Below are positions 63,722-64,000 of a stretch of DNA of 64,000 bases, one piece after another. This DNA is from Octopus vulgaris (lineage: Eukaryota): the NCBI GenBank assembly GCA_951406725.2, contig OX597831.1:62620001-62684000 (forward strand), given 5' to 3'. The stretch's first letter is position 1, and each line of letters starts with the position of its first letter. Position numbers and translations under genes: made by a program. A model generated the notes under the pieces. The model searched no databases. It was given only the letters and a program-made list of their open reading frames with translations, and was not told the origin of the DNA.

Positions 63722-64000
63722 CGCGTGCATATTTGCGTTGTTTAAGTGTTGTGTTCTTTGAGCGGAACTTAAAATATGCAGTAAAATGTAACCTCAGATT
63801 GAACATGTTACAAGTATACTGTAAAATCTCTTGGTATCAACAGCGAAATAAACGAGTTTGTTTTTTGTTTCCTATTGAAATTCCCAGATAATTCAGAATT
63901 TTGTCTCATGAACATTTCTAAGTATTTGAAATTTCAACTTTACGTGAAATAATGTTTGTGTGTCTTGCTGTATTTTTATCGTAAGCAGGTTCAATGAATT

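Overview
AT-rich, microsatellite-dense eukaryotic DNA. It is probably octopus/cephalopod, inferred from the SINE families and the abundance of (TA)n/(CA)n/(ATCT)n. No complete host gene is recognisable, and most ORFs in the track are microsatellite artefacts. The window is mostly transposons. There are two young, 5'-truncated copies of one Penelope-like retroelement family (RT + C-terminal GIY-YIG, Naiad-like) at 3370-6641 (+) and 60694-63074 (-). Both sit in (TA)n, both have an inverted 5' pseudo-LTR arm, and both carry a type I hammerhead ribozyme with a palindromic helix III. Their protein has a ~150-aa Ser/Asn-rich expansion where a related old element in the same window (38.6-40.7 kb) has a short Cys knuckle. 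Also present: CR1, Tx1/L1 and other LINE remnants, several mariner/maT remnants, a Helitron-type non-autonomous element and many SINEs. The most notable patterns are: (i) a recurring 'inverted arm + direct copy + extra tail + (TA)n' foldback architecture in short inserts, concentrated at 50-54.6 kb; (ii) a ~358-bp tandem/inverted repeat with a decayed hammerhead (retrozyme-like), interrupted by a Tx1 fragment with a 16-bp TSD; (iii) further decayed hammerheads; (iv) a splice-flanked 35-codon segment resembling glucagon-family peptides (speculative).
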